Shown piece by piece: positions 33,601 to 44,648 of a stretch of DNA of 64,000 bases; position 1 is the first letter of the stretch, and the number at the start of each line of letters is the position of its first letter. Made by a program: the position numbers and the translations under genes. The notes under the pieces are model-generated. The model was not told the origin of the DNA. It did not search any database and saw nothing but the letters and a program-made list of their open reading frames with translations. The stretch is from the NCBI GenBank assembly GCA_048772705.1, contig JBLWGC010000169.1, forward strand, positions 136,088 to 200,087. The letters run 5' to 3'. Source of the stretch: Leidyana gryllorum EB-2025a. Its lineage: Eukaryota > Protista > Apicomplexa.

Positions 33601-33866
33601 CCTCGTTCCTGGTCACCCCGACGCTCAATATCTTTGCGTCGCAGGGATTTGATGGCGACTGCGTCTCCGGTGGTGAGACCGACGCCGGCCATAACGGAGC
33701 CATACAGACAATCCTAAGGGGCGATGATGTCCAATGGGAGCTTTGGAGGGCGTCTCACCTGAATTCGCGCGAGGAGTAAGTATGATTCTAGGCGGCCTGG
33801 TATAACTCTGCCGACGAGGGGGAACCGGTTGGCGTCTTCATCAGCCTTGGGGTCTTCGGCGGCCAT
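30679..33866 (-). CDS. Atypical CAMK-like Ser/Thr kinase with long low-complexity tail
   Basis: Spliced exons give DCLYGSV, VAIK, E..LAE, DFANGEDLL, LQDFSLENCLL, LCDPGQA, GKKFRPPE, KVDAWCLG, R.SVNEALNHPFL. Confidence 0.85.
33065..33180. repeat. CA-rich intronic minisatellite
   Basis: CACACCCGCACGCCCACA-type degenerate repeats in a kinase intron. Confidence 0.8.
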
Positions 33867-33894
33867 TTCGGCTTCGTTTTTCTGAGATTTGGCG

Positions 33895-36800
33895 ATGAAA
33901 AAAGGGCGGTGGATAGTACTCCTGTTATCATCCCTCCTCCAGACTGCCACAGCAACACTCCACCCCTCAGCAGTCGATTATTTCATCGACCATTTACGCA
34001 GTTTGGTAACACTCCCAGTGACCCATATCGCCCATTGGGACGACACCCCCAGAAACGATCATGACACCACAACGTGGTGGCCGCCCTTAGGCCCGGAGAT
34101 GCTGCAGATCGATACAGCAGACGACCCGCGCAGTGTGCGTTTGTCTCAGACCCTTCTGGCGAGCCCCGCCTTCCCGCGAGTATTAGAGCCGCTGAACGGC
34201 AGACGCTTACGTCCCACCTGTACCAGTCTGGAAGGCCCGGTGTGCCCACCAATGACCGGTTCCTCGATATCCTCCCTATTGTTTCGCCAAAAGGGTATCG
34301 GTGACCACACTTTGTATCGCCAGAGAATGCTAAATCTCTTACGGCACAACAAACCTAACGCTCTGTGGGTCTGGAACGACGATAACAGTGGGATACAACG
34401 CATTAATGTCGCCCAGGACGAATGGGATATGTGGCTAAACTCAAACCCGCCCGGCTCAGAACTGTCCCGCCTATTGATGGCGGCCGACTTTGACGGGCCC
34501 GGTGGACGTCTGGGCCTAAAGAAGGCTTCTGAAGAGCTCCAACTGCCATCGAGTGTGGTGGTGACGGAGGGTCTCCACAAATTCAATCCTCACAACGCCA
34601 GCAGCTTTCTGCCGGCTTCACGCAGAGTGTACATTGCTGCCGCGGGCTCACATGAGAGCGCTGTACTAACCTCTCAAGACGGATTGCGGCCAGATCGCGG
34701 CTTTCTCGACGCCGAGCGTCGATGGGTCACGAGTGGAGCGGCCGTGGAGATCAGCGACGCCGAAGCCCCCAGCGAGCGGATCGCGACCTCTCACGATTGG
34801 CGGTATATGCTGATGTCTCAAAGCTACAGTCTTTTTGGCATCGAGAACATTCAGCAGCTCCCCAACCAGTTCGAATACGCCATCGGCGCTGTCAAGTCGT
34901 CCATACTGGACCATCTGACGCTGGCGGTCAACTGGGCTCGCCAGGCACCCGTCGCGGCCGAGCGGTCCGGGGGAGATTTATACACTGAGATGTTTGTCGA
35001 TTGGGTTCCGGCATCCGAGTTGAATGTGACGGCCGTCTACAAGTCGACTTTCACCCCATACACTGATCTCCCTGAGCGCTCCTCTGTGGTTCTGCCGGGC
35101 AGTATCAAAAAGTTGGTCGAAAATGAGGTCGAATTGCTTCGAATGATCCCACCCGGAGTCAATTGGGACGTCTACGCGGCCGCACTCCACATAAGCCCAG
35201 AAGCAGTGTACAAATGGAGAATGGAACCGCGGACGGCGGCCAGAAAGGTCGCTCCACCCGCGAGTTACCGTAGCCCCGCCGCCAATCTCGGACTCGCTTT
35301 CGCTCGAGGAGTTTTCGCTCAACTAAGACTAGCACGAACAATAACGCGAACGGTTGCGGTGCGTCCAATCATCACTCTTAATGTCGCCCTATTATCCATT
35401 TTCATTCGCAGACAATCTTCAAAACTGTTCTCAAAGTAAGTCACTCCGATTTGACGAAATAGCGCTCCTTAGACAATAGTAACACGCTCTCTGCCCTCCT
35501 TTAACTTCCGCAAGTCACATGGCACCGATGCCCCGACACCACGCCCACCTGGCTACCGACCGAACGATCCGGACACACACGATAACATTTGGACCAATGC
35601 TCGTTCCGGTGAACAGCATTACCGTTTAATGCAACCAGACGAGTCACCCATATCTTTCAGTCGCTACACCGGCATTTGTCAGTAAGCAGAACGTCTATCT
35701 TGCCGTCCCGGGAGACATACGTCCAATGTTATATGTGTGTGCGCTATGTTCGCGCATTCCGCTGATCTGCTCACAATGCTTTCTTTCACCCTTTCAGCGA
35801 TTGGCAATTGTCTAAAGCTGTCCCACCGTGGCTCGATGAGGTCCCATTGGGGTTCAGCGAAGGGCTGCCGCGGTCAATGTCTGCCAACTGGGTTGGCGCT
35901 TGGGGTTTGGAGAATTCTGGGCCCATTCTACTGTCGACGAGTGGTGAAGTCCACTTTAGCAAACCGATAGTATTGGAAGGTGTATGGCTGGACGTGCAGG
36001 AGCTCTACAAACCCCGCGGCCATCAGCTGCTGACTATTCGTGGTGCGTCTGTGGCGTCCACGACCGAGGATCTGGAGTATGGCATAGCTCTCAAGACGTG
36101 GCGTGAGGGTAAACAGGTTCTGGGGGGCCCAATTGAAACAGCGTGGAGCGTCCGAGTGATGGATACACAGCTGTTTGAGGCCTCAGCAGCTGTCGGCGGC
36201 CCTATCAATATATTGGAGCACTTTCCTGTCGACGGGTTCCAGTATCGTCGTGTGAGCTTTTTGTCGTTCCACTGGACATCGCTGGGGGCGTTTGACCACA
36301 AAGACACTCCCAGTTCGCCCCATCGGTTCAAATGGAGTTTGCCATCTTCACTCCCGCACAGCGAATTGACTCCCGGGTCTTCGGCGAACGGGATAGTACT
36401 GCAGAGGGTGAAGTTCCATCACACTACCCGAATCTTCAACTATGATTTCGAAGTGATCAACAAGTTGCTGCAAAGTCAACTGGACGACCATTCGAATCTG
36501 CGGATGCTCAAAATCCTCCACAAAGCCAAAATAGATACGCATATGTATCAAACACTGGAATCCTCATTTCCGTCGGTTCTGGTGACTTCACTGCCGAAAC
36601 GACCCGCTAGCAGCAGCAGCAAGAGTCCCCCAATCAGCACCAATCTCACTTTTGTGACCGACGATGGCCGTCTGAATCTCACACGTCTGAATGACGACAG
36701 ATTGCACAGATACACTGCTCGTCACAAAGCAGTGCCGTATGGTGTGCGTGCCAAAGCCGATGCGCACCCAATGAAACGGATGTTTTCAAGCGGGGCTCGT

Positions 36801-38564
36801 GGGGCCGGCGGGTTTGGTGGATCATCGATGCTGCCTCGACTGGCGCAGACAGCTCCGGATTGGGGTCTCGAGAACACCTTGCGTAGCCACATTAGGACAG
36901 CGGGAGCCAAACCGGCTTTGAGTGCGGACGGTATTGTGATTGGATTGGATGAGAGGAGCATCACGCCCCGTCTGACCATTCAGTCACTCGATTTGGCGGT
37001 TGAGGCCCCCGTGATAACTCTGCAAATGGCGCATCGTCATAACGCCTTCTTCTCGGATGCGACTGACGATTTTTGGACGGACTCTGAATACCTTCAGGAA
37101 TTGACTAACGCCGATCTGCGGTCGAATTCGACCGTCGAGTGGATAGATCGGCTCCGACACAGTTTGGAGAGCGCCCCCGAACTGAAAAGTTTGATCGAAG
37201 ATTTCCGAGAAGTGCTCAAAAGCGGTTCCCTCGGAGGCCCCAAACAGAAGGACCCCACCTTCAAATTCGAGAAGCGCAGGAAGAAACGCGACGACGAGGG
37301 CGACGCTGATGGAGAGGAGGAGGAGGAGGAGGAGAAGGAGAAAGATGAACACGCAGACGGAAAGGGCGTCAAAGAGGCGAGCGAGAAGGAGACGATGGAA
37401 GGGTTTGGGTTTCGGTCAAAGGGTATCGCGCCGACTTCACCGCCGCCGGGGACAACAATGGTATCGAATGAGTTGGAGGAAGAATTCGGCGACATTGACG
37501 AGGAGCAGAGCTACGGTTTGGGCGCGGGTGGTCAGCAGAGCGAGGTGGAGTCTCGTGATGATGGGTACGGCGAGTTGGACGGCGCAATTCGACACATTGT
37601 GGAGAGCACTATAACTCAAGCGGCGTTACAGAACAATAACGATTTGGGCTCTTTACTGCGGGAAGTGAATGTTTTGGCGATGGTCGAAGATCCCGAGACG
37701 GGAGAATTGGTCACAAAGACGGTGACTTTCAACTTGGAGAGTGTGCTGGATGATATGGACAGCGCGTGGGCACAGCTGATGGCCGGCGAGGAGAAGGAAG
37801 AGGAACCGCTGGACGATCCCGAGATACAGAGAGCGTTCACTTCGTTCCTCGAGCTGTCCTCATCGTCGTTTGGGTCGGCGGCCATACCGGATGAGGGCCG
37901 GAACCCAAAGATTTCGGCCGATGACGTCACCTTCTTTGGGCCGCGAGTCGCCGAGGAGCTTAGAATCGATGCTGCGACGACTGATGACACTTCCTCGACG
38001 TCGCAACCCCAGTCGGAGACCCCGACTACGGCTCCGGCGGCAGACACCGCGTATCAGTCGTCTGGACAGTCGGACGTTGGATCGTACATTGGCGAGGAGG
38101 AGACGGCTGGCGGTCGGACAACAGAGATAGTCAGTGTGGTGACCGATGTGACAGACAGTTCGGGGGCGGCCGCTGCAACTTCGAGTGAAGAAGAGCTGCG
38201 AAGGCTGCTGGGTGGTGAAGGCGGTATGAGCGATGAGGAGATTGGGGAATATGTCGCCGAGGTGGAGAGGTACATAGAACAGATCAAAGAGATGGACGTC
38301 GAGAGGGATCAAGACGGATCGCTGCTGATGGAAATGGCCGTCCCCGACGAGACTGGGGGACTCCGCTACGCCGCCGTGACGGTGCCACCCTCCGCCCTGG
38401 AGTCCGCAGAAGCTTTCATACAGTGGTCATTGGGCAAAGAAGAGGAGTTTTGGAGTGAAGAAATGCTCAATGCGACCAGCAGCAGTTTCGTGTTCTGGGA
38501 TCTGCTGTCAGATGAGGACCCAATCGAGCTACGTGGGGCCTTGGAGGACTTGTTGGATGAATAA
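33895..38564 (+). CDS. Large secreted protein (about 1487 aa), acidic C-terminal half, unknown function
   Basis: Signal peptide MKKGRWIVLLLSSLLQTATA. Exons 33895-35358, 35412-35435, 35473-35681 and 35798-38564 join in frame through GT-AG introns. Confidence 0.75.
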
Positions 38565-39274
38565 TTCTTGTGTTTTTGATGGTGTACTTTTGGAAATCAG
38601 CTGCAAGAAGAAATGCCTTGCTGTTGTCGGTGCACAAACGACTTATCATCAGATGAGGACGACAGCGGCCGAAGGTATGATCGATCGCCTGACACTCTCT
38701 CCGCATATCACCCATTAGAGGGGTGTGATAATCACCGCTGAGTTCTTCATTTTCAGGGGCCCGAATGACGGCGATAACCGCAATAAGTCGTCTCTGGTGA
38801 GAGCCGCCTCGCGAAATAATTCGCTCTTCTCGGTATGTCATGCCCCCTCGTGCCGTGCCGCCCCGTGCCTTCATTTATTGCTTCTCGGCGTGCACACAAG
38901 CAGCAAAGTGCGCAACCGAGAATATTTGCACCCGCACTCTGAAAAGCCGGATGCATCATGCATATCTCGACGCACGATGCGACAGCCGGATGCATGATGC
39001 AAATCCGGACGCTGATTGTGGCTTGGTTGTCTTATTGAACATTGCGTGCTTTGGCTGCTCCAAAATGGACTGAGACTGAGAGGATACTGTTCAGCGTATG
39101 TTTCGTCGGCGAAGACCACCACTCGCTGCCAAAAGCCCGTCGGCTCGTCACATGCGCAAACAACAAACGAATAACTTGGCATTTGGGAACGATCTTAATG
39201 GCAAAAACTCAAGTGAGTCGCACCAAATGACAACTGAGTGAGAGCCTCCGTGCTGTTGATGTGTACAGGTTTGA

Positions 39275-40145
39275 TGGCTGCTAGTCGGGGAATGTCTCCA
39301 GTGTCAAAGGAAAGCTCAGATGAACCAATCCCTAAGAAGGACGAGTATGTGCCTGAGCCAAAACTGCATCAAAAAGGTGGGATCTTTGGGTGATCGATCG
39401 CCGGATCGAATACATCGTCCCTCGTTCAGTCTTGGAGGGGGGGGGGCACCCGCCTCCACGGCGGCGTAAGCAGTCGTCGGCGCACTTTGGCTCTCCCCAA
39501 AGCGGCGGAGAGCCAGCGAGAAAGAAGACAGCTCGCTTCATGGACGAAGTAGAGGTGGTCGAAATACAGGACCGGAAGACACCGGCTCATGTGAACTCAA
39601 GATCACGATACAAACTCTCTTTGGAAGGAAAGGTTGTAAATAGATCTCAAGTCGATGTGCCCGTCAGTCGACCGCGGGAAAGCTCTGTTTACTCGGAGGA
39701 TAATCTATCTCGTGTTCCCAGTGAGTGTTTGGATGGATCGATGATCGGAGATCGATGGTGATGTGGGCGGTATATCGGTTGGTGTCTCTGGAGGATGCAT
39801 TGAAGGTGTTGGTTGCATGGCGTGAATATGCGCTGTGCCTAGAGTTGAATATGCACTGTGCACAGATCTAAGTATGCGCTGCGCATAGATCTAAGTATGC
39901 GCTGGGCACAGATCTAAATATGCGCTGCGCATAAATCTAATATGCACTTAGCTCTGAATAATTCCTTGTTTTCCCCTTGTGCAGGCGATTCATCTCGGTA
40001 CTCACCGGGAAGACGAATGCAAAGTGCTGCACAGCTTCGAAAAATGGTCGAGCGTCAATGGCTGATTGACAATGGAATGTCTCCGAGACCAATGTCCCCG
40101 AGACAGCAACTTCAACAGCAATCGACTTCAGGTTCACAGCGCTAA
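39275..40145 (+). CDS. Small hypothetical protein with RVxF-like motif
   Basis: MAASRGMSPV...KKDE / WDLWVIDRRIEY...RKKTARFMDEVEVVEI / last exon from about 39985. Introns are canonical. Confidence 0.55.
39822..39948. repeat. Approximately 23-bp palindromic minisatellite (AGATCTAAGTATGCGCTGCGCAT), about 5 copies
   Basis: Degenerate tandem copies in intron 39721-39984. Confidence 0.8.
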
Positions 40146-41821
40146 CTAAATCTCTCTCTCTATCGATCGGATGACTCGACTCATCACATCACGACGAATA
40201 CTGACGGCGACATCTACGCTTCTTGTCCACCACAGACGCGAACTTGGGCACAAACACACACTTTGCCTTGTCTCTTTCCTTTGACACTTAACTAATACTC
40301 TATCTGGTGCCGCTGCTGCTACATACCTATTTGCCACTGACGGAGAGAGAAGCGGTCCTCCATTTATTTCTGCATGGTGGAAAGCTTATTTCTCGCGATT
40401 GTTTTCTCTCCAGGGCAGCGACGTCTGGTTTATTAGCCCAAGCTCTACTGTATGGTATGCGTATGATATGCTATTGCTTGCGTGCTCATGTGCGTATGGT
40501 GTGTGCGCGCGGTTTGCGCACGAGCAGGTTGCGAAGAGCAAGCGAATCAAGGTTGTGCGAGGTCCAATTTCTGATTGGCACATGTTCGTCTTGGCTCGTC
40601 GTGGTCCATCTCGTCCGTGCACGTACTGCTATCTAATCTCCTGAACCAATTGATTTTATCGTGTCTGTGCCCAGTGGTGTGGTGGTGGATGTGATTGCTT
40701 GTATCAAAATTGTTGGTGTCGGTTAACCCAAAATGTTCGCGGACGACACTTTTGATGAGTGTCTTCCCCAAAATTTGAAAAGAGAACCTCTCCTCCAGAT
40801 GGCTGGCGGGCCTGAGGCCTGAGGCTGCCCGCCAATCTGAGGCAAAGTTGCTCTGGCAAAGCAAAAACGTCGCTCAAGAAGTGTTCAAGTCAAAGCATCT
40901 CCTCTTCATTGACTCATTGACTTGTTGCGTCAATTGGGGGTCATCAATTTATCAGAGCACTTTGCATTCGGACGACTGGTCGCCTAAGAAAGGATTGGGG
41001 TTGAATTTTCCGCAGTGGGTGGGAGTCCACTTCTCCGCTCTGTAAAACCTGAGTTGGGCCCGGGCTGAGCTAAGGGTGAGAACAGACTCATCCAAGTCGC
41101 AATCCCAAAACTTGAGAGAAGTCCAAAGCATTGCCAGAAAGCGTTCTTCGCCCATTGACTGGTTGGGGTACTTTTTAATTTTGATGGCTTTGTTTACTGT
41201 GACAGTGTGTCGGACAGATTCCTCACAGACATCGAGTGGTCGTACGATTGGTCCAGAATTAGCGTAACGCCTGTCTCCTCGTCTTCGACTGCACTCAGAT
41301 CTCCTTTCAGGATCGGCCATACTTCCAGTCCCTAAATGTCAACTCGAAATATCGCAGCCACCAAGATCACAGCTGGGAAAACAGGAGCACAAAACTCCGT
41401 CGTCAGAGTTCTTCATATCCTCCGTCGACGTAAGAAGTGACGTCGAATTTCTAACCTCAACTTTCACAGCGACGTCCTTACGTGCCCGCGAACGTACCCG
41501 CGATTGGTGCACTTCCATACGCACTCTGCAAAGTGGACGAGTTTGTATGCACAGTGATGTGGGCACTTGCTATGTGCTTGGCTATGATTTGCGCAGTGCA
41601 CGAAAAAATCGTCCTTTTACCACCAAGCACCAAGTCATACTGGGCGAGATCGCCGACCGACATTCATTCCCGTCCAGATTATTTCTACGCAGCGAGTTAG
41701 TTCGACAATAGATTTTAGGCCCGAAGTCAGCAGTTCCCAATCACCGGCTCGGTCGCTGGCTGTACTGGGGATTGGAGATTGGTGGTCGGGGTGGCTGGCG
41801 GACGCAAAGCAAAGAATCCAT
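40146..41821 (-). CDS. Multi-exon hypothetical protein (tentative model)
   Basis: Short frames (MDSLLCVRQ.., CVWKCTNRGYVRGH, GLEVWPILKGDL.., SMGEERFLAMLW.., SNFASDW..) can be linked by canonical splice sites. Both ends are uncertain. Confidence 0.4.
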
Positions 41822-41993
41822 CCCTGTTGAGGGCGGAAAAAGATTAAGATGACAGTGACAGCGACAGCGACAGCAAATTGCTGATCGCAGTCACACGAGA
41901 ATAATTTGGAGTAATCGACGACGGAAGAACAGAAGAAACCAAATGCACAAACATGTCACAAGTTGCGCTGTGGGCTTTCGGCAAATTTAGATC

Positions 41994-42548
41994 TCATTCC
42001 ACAATCTCAATGGGGACCGGCGCTGCTTTGCGGAAAGTTACTTGGGCGAGGGGTGAGCTTAGAGTGAGAGTCTTTTCAACTGGATCGCACTGCCAGCGTT
42101 CCAAACCGTCCAATAACATATCGCCAATCTTCTTCTCATTATTGCCCGCAGCCCCGAAAGCGTACATTCGGGTCGAGAAAGCACCTCCGAGGAGTTCAAC
42201 ATCTCCTTCGCAGAACGACTTCCCCTTGGGTTGCACCACAATACCTATGGTGTTGGCTACGGTGAGAGTGGCCCTCACAGCTTTGGCGTTATCTTCAGCC
42301 GGCCAAATTTCCATCGTCTGTGGACAGATAGACACGTGTGACTCGCTCTACGAGTTGATAGGTGACGGGCTTACGATGGGTTTACCCATAGGTTTGAGTC
42401 CCCCCTTCCCCCGTGGCTCCTGCCACGAGTCTATATCCACCTCCCACTGTCCCTCGCAACGACATTTGTCTTTGCGGGTAAACATATCCTTCAACAGCCC
42501 ACCATGCACAAAGGTGGCCAGAACCGCACCTAGGAGAAAGCACTTCAT
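41994..42548 (-). CDS. Secreted META/HslJ-domain protein (165 aa)
   Basis: Exon 42548-42375 (signal MKCFLLGAVLATFVHG), intron 42374-42318, exon 42317-41994 with ATLTVANTIG...GGAFSTRMYAFG...NEKKIGDML..GLERW...LTLSS....TF. Confidence 0.7.
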
Positions 42549-42684
42549 TCGCTGTTCCAACGAGAGTTTTTGCACACTGAACATCGTTGCAAATAGCGCA
42601 CCATAGCCGCGCACACAGCACACTGCACACCTATTTCGTCCACCACCAAGATTACATCTTATAACAAAGTAAAAGGGCTCGTGG

Positions 42685-44554
42685 TTAGTCCCACCACTGT
42701 GGCAGGTTCGATCTTTCCTGTGCTTGCGCGGCCTGTTAAAGTGCAAGTCAGCAGACATGTCTGGAGAAGACCATCGGACTACCTTGGCCGTCAGTGACAA
42801 TCGCTTTTTCTTCTGTGCTGCTGCCCGTCCATCAGGTGGTTTCGTCCGAGCCACCTCTTCGACCTTTGACGATGGAGATCTCGATGACTGATTGACTGCA
42901 GGAGCACGAAATGTCAATTGACTAGACAAGTCAGCCTGATGCGGATTGAAGGCCGGAACCATTGACGACGGCTGCACCGGCCCAGACGGCGGAGGATGAA
43001 CCGCTACCGCCGGTGCTCCACTCGGGAGCCCAAAGTTGAAACCTCGGGCTTTCCCAATACCAGCGGTCTCGGCCTCTTGTGGCAATCTTTGCCGACTCGC
43101 TGTCTTGTTCGCTTGTTGAAGTTGAATCGGAATCTGCTCCACGCCTACACCAATTGGCACCTGCAAATATGCGCTAGTATTGCTACCAGTCCCAATACCG
43201 CCGACTGCGTCGAAGGATGGTGGCATCTGCGGGCGGAATGACGGTGGCAAGTCGGAGGCGCCAAAGGTTGGCAATCGACCTCCCGCACCCGCCGCCGGCC
43301 CTCCGCCCAAAATCTTATCATATGTCTGCACAAACAACACTCATTCAACAATAATCAGTAGCCCCAGAATGTGTGCGTGTGTGAGTCGATGTGTGTGAGT
43401 CGATGTGTGTGAGTCGATGTGTGCGAGTCGATGTGTGTGAGTCGATGTGTGTGAGTCGATGTGTGCGAGTCGATGTGTGCGAGTCGATGCGTGTGTGTAT
43501 GAAGACGGTGTAACACCCGCTATCGTTTTAACGTACCGGATCCACCACGGCTAATCGCGCAATGTCGAGGTTCAGCGTCAGTCGACGTCTTTTATTGCCC
43601 TCGCTAGGGACTGCGGCTTGCGGGGGAGGTAAGGTAGGAGCGGGCGGCGACGATGTTCTGTGGGTCGATTCGTGAAGACTCGACATCGAGCCACTACGAT
43701 TTGATAATGGACTCATGTGGTCAGGTGATGAAGACCAGATCGTGAAGTTTGGGTTTGGTGGAGGGAGGGAGGGGGACAACGGGGAGTCTTCAGGTTCAGG
43801 TCTCTCTGGTTCTCCTGCAATAATCGTATGCGCTGTGGAGCAATACGCTCCACAATGGCGCATCAATATCACTCGCCAATCCTCAAGAAGTCCTCGTTGC
43901 CAGTCTGCACTACGTTTAGAATTAGCAGATCGCTCATCGCCATTCGACGACCGGTCTGCCACTCCTTGCACATTTACATTACCATTGAGTATCGCATTTG
44001 AGTTCTCTTGCTCTTCAATCAGTTCGTTTCGCAGCTGCAATCACCATTTTGCCACCAATCACCACCGACCCACAAGTGTGTGGCCCGGGCGTGTGGTCGC
44101 ACACCCACACGACCCGCCACACACCCCTTTCACACACCCACGTTTGGCCACTTACCGAGTGATAGTCTGAGAGAGCATTGACATAGAAGTTGGTGAGATT
44201 CGTCCGGCTCTCAATTTCCAGAGCCTCGGCGGCCTCGGCTGAGAGGGTGTCGCGTTGTTTGTGCACGAAGTAGGCGAGCAGCGCGCCGTTGGCCGCTTCG
44301 CGTTGGCTCAAGGTCTCGGCATCCACGACCTCGGTGGATGGATCCAGCCGCCTTGCGCGTGTCTGCTTCAATGCAGTGGCCAGGGGGGCTGCCTGACTGT
44401 GTTTGACCTTGTTGTCGCGCAGCAGAGCGAGCCGCTCTTTCACAGCGTCTGTCCAGCGGTCAAACAAGATCAAATCGTCCACCACATTCCTGTACTCTTC
44501 ACAGGCCGCGAGTAACGGGTTTTCCACCCGCTCAACCAGTCGTTGACCAAACAT
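42685..44554 (-). CDS. Hypothetical protein, helical N-terminus and low-complexity C-terminus
   Basis: ORFs 44015-44569, 43528-44040 and the 5' part of 42348-43340 splice in frame. Last exon is AAQAQERSNLPQWWD* with stop at 42685. Confidence 0.6.
43378..43492. repeat. 14-bp minisatellite GTGT(G/C)AGTCGATGT-type, about 8 copies
   Basis: Near-perfect tandem array inside a minus-strand intron. Confidence 0.92.
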
Positions 44555-44648
44555 CGATCGATTGATCAATCAATCAATCAGTCAGTTGGTCGGTTACAAA
44601 GGCAATAACAACTCAGTCGCTTAATCCAATGAGAAAATCCGCAAACTA

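Noticed and set aside
38570-39200. Possible minus-strand gene (ORFs 38871-39182, 38467-38874) and TGCAT-rich motif cluster near 38950-39000
   Set aside because: I could not build a consistent spliced model or recognise a domain, so it is left unannotated.
42348-43340. Single 330-aa protein as listed in the ORF track
   Set aside because: Better explained as an internal exon of the upstream gene (ending 42685) plus the first exon of a signal-peptide gene at 42548 in the same frame.
43378-43492. CRISPR-like appearance of tandem arrays (also 39822-39948)
   Set aside because: The units are contiguous with no unique spacers, there are no cas genes, and the context is a eukaryotic intron.
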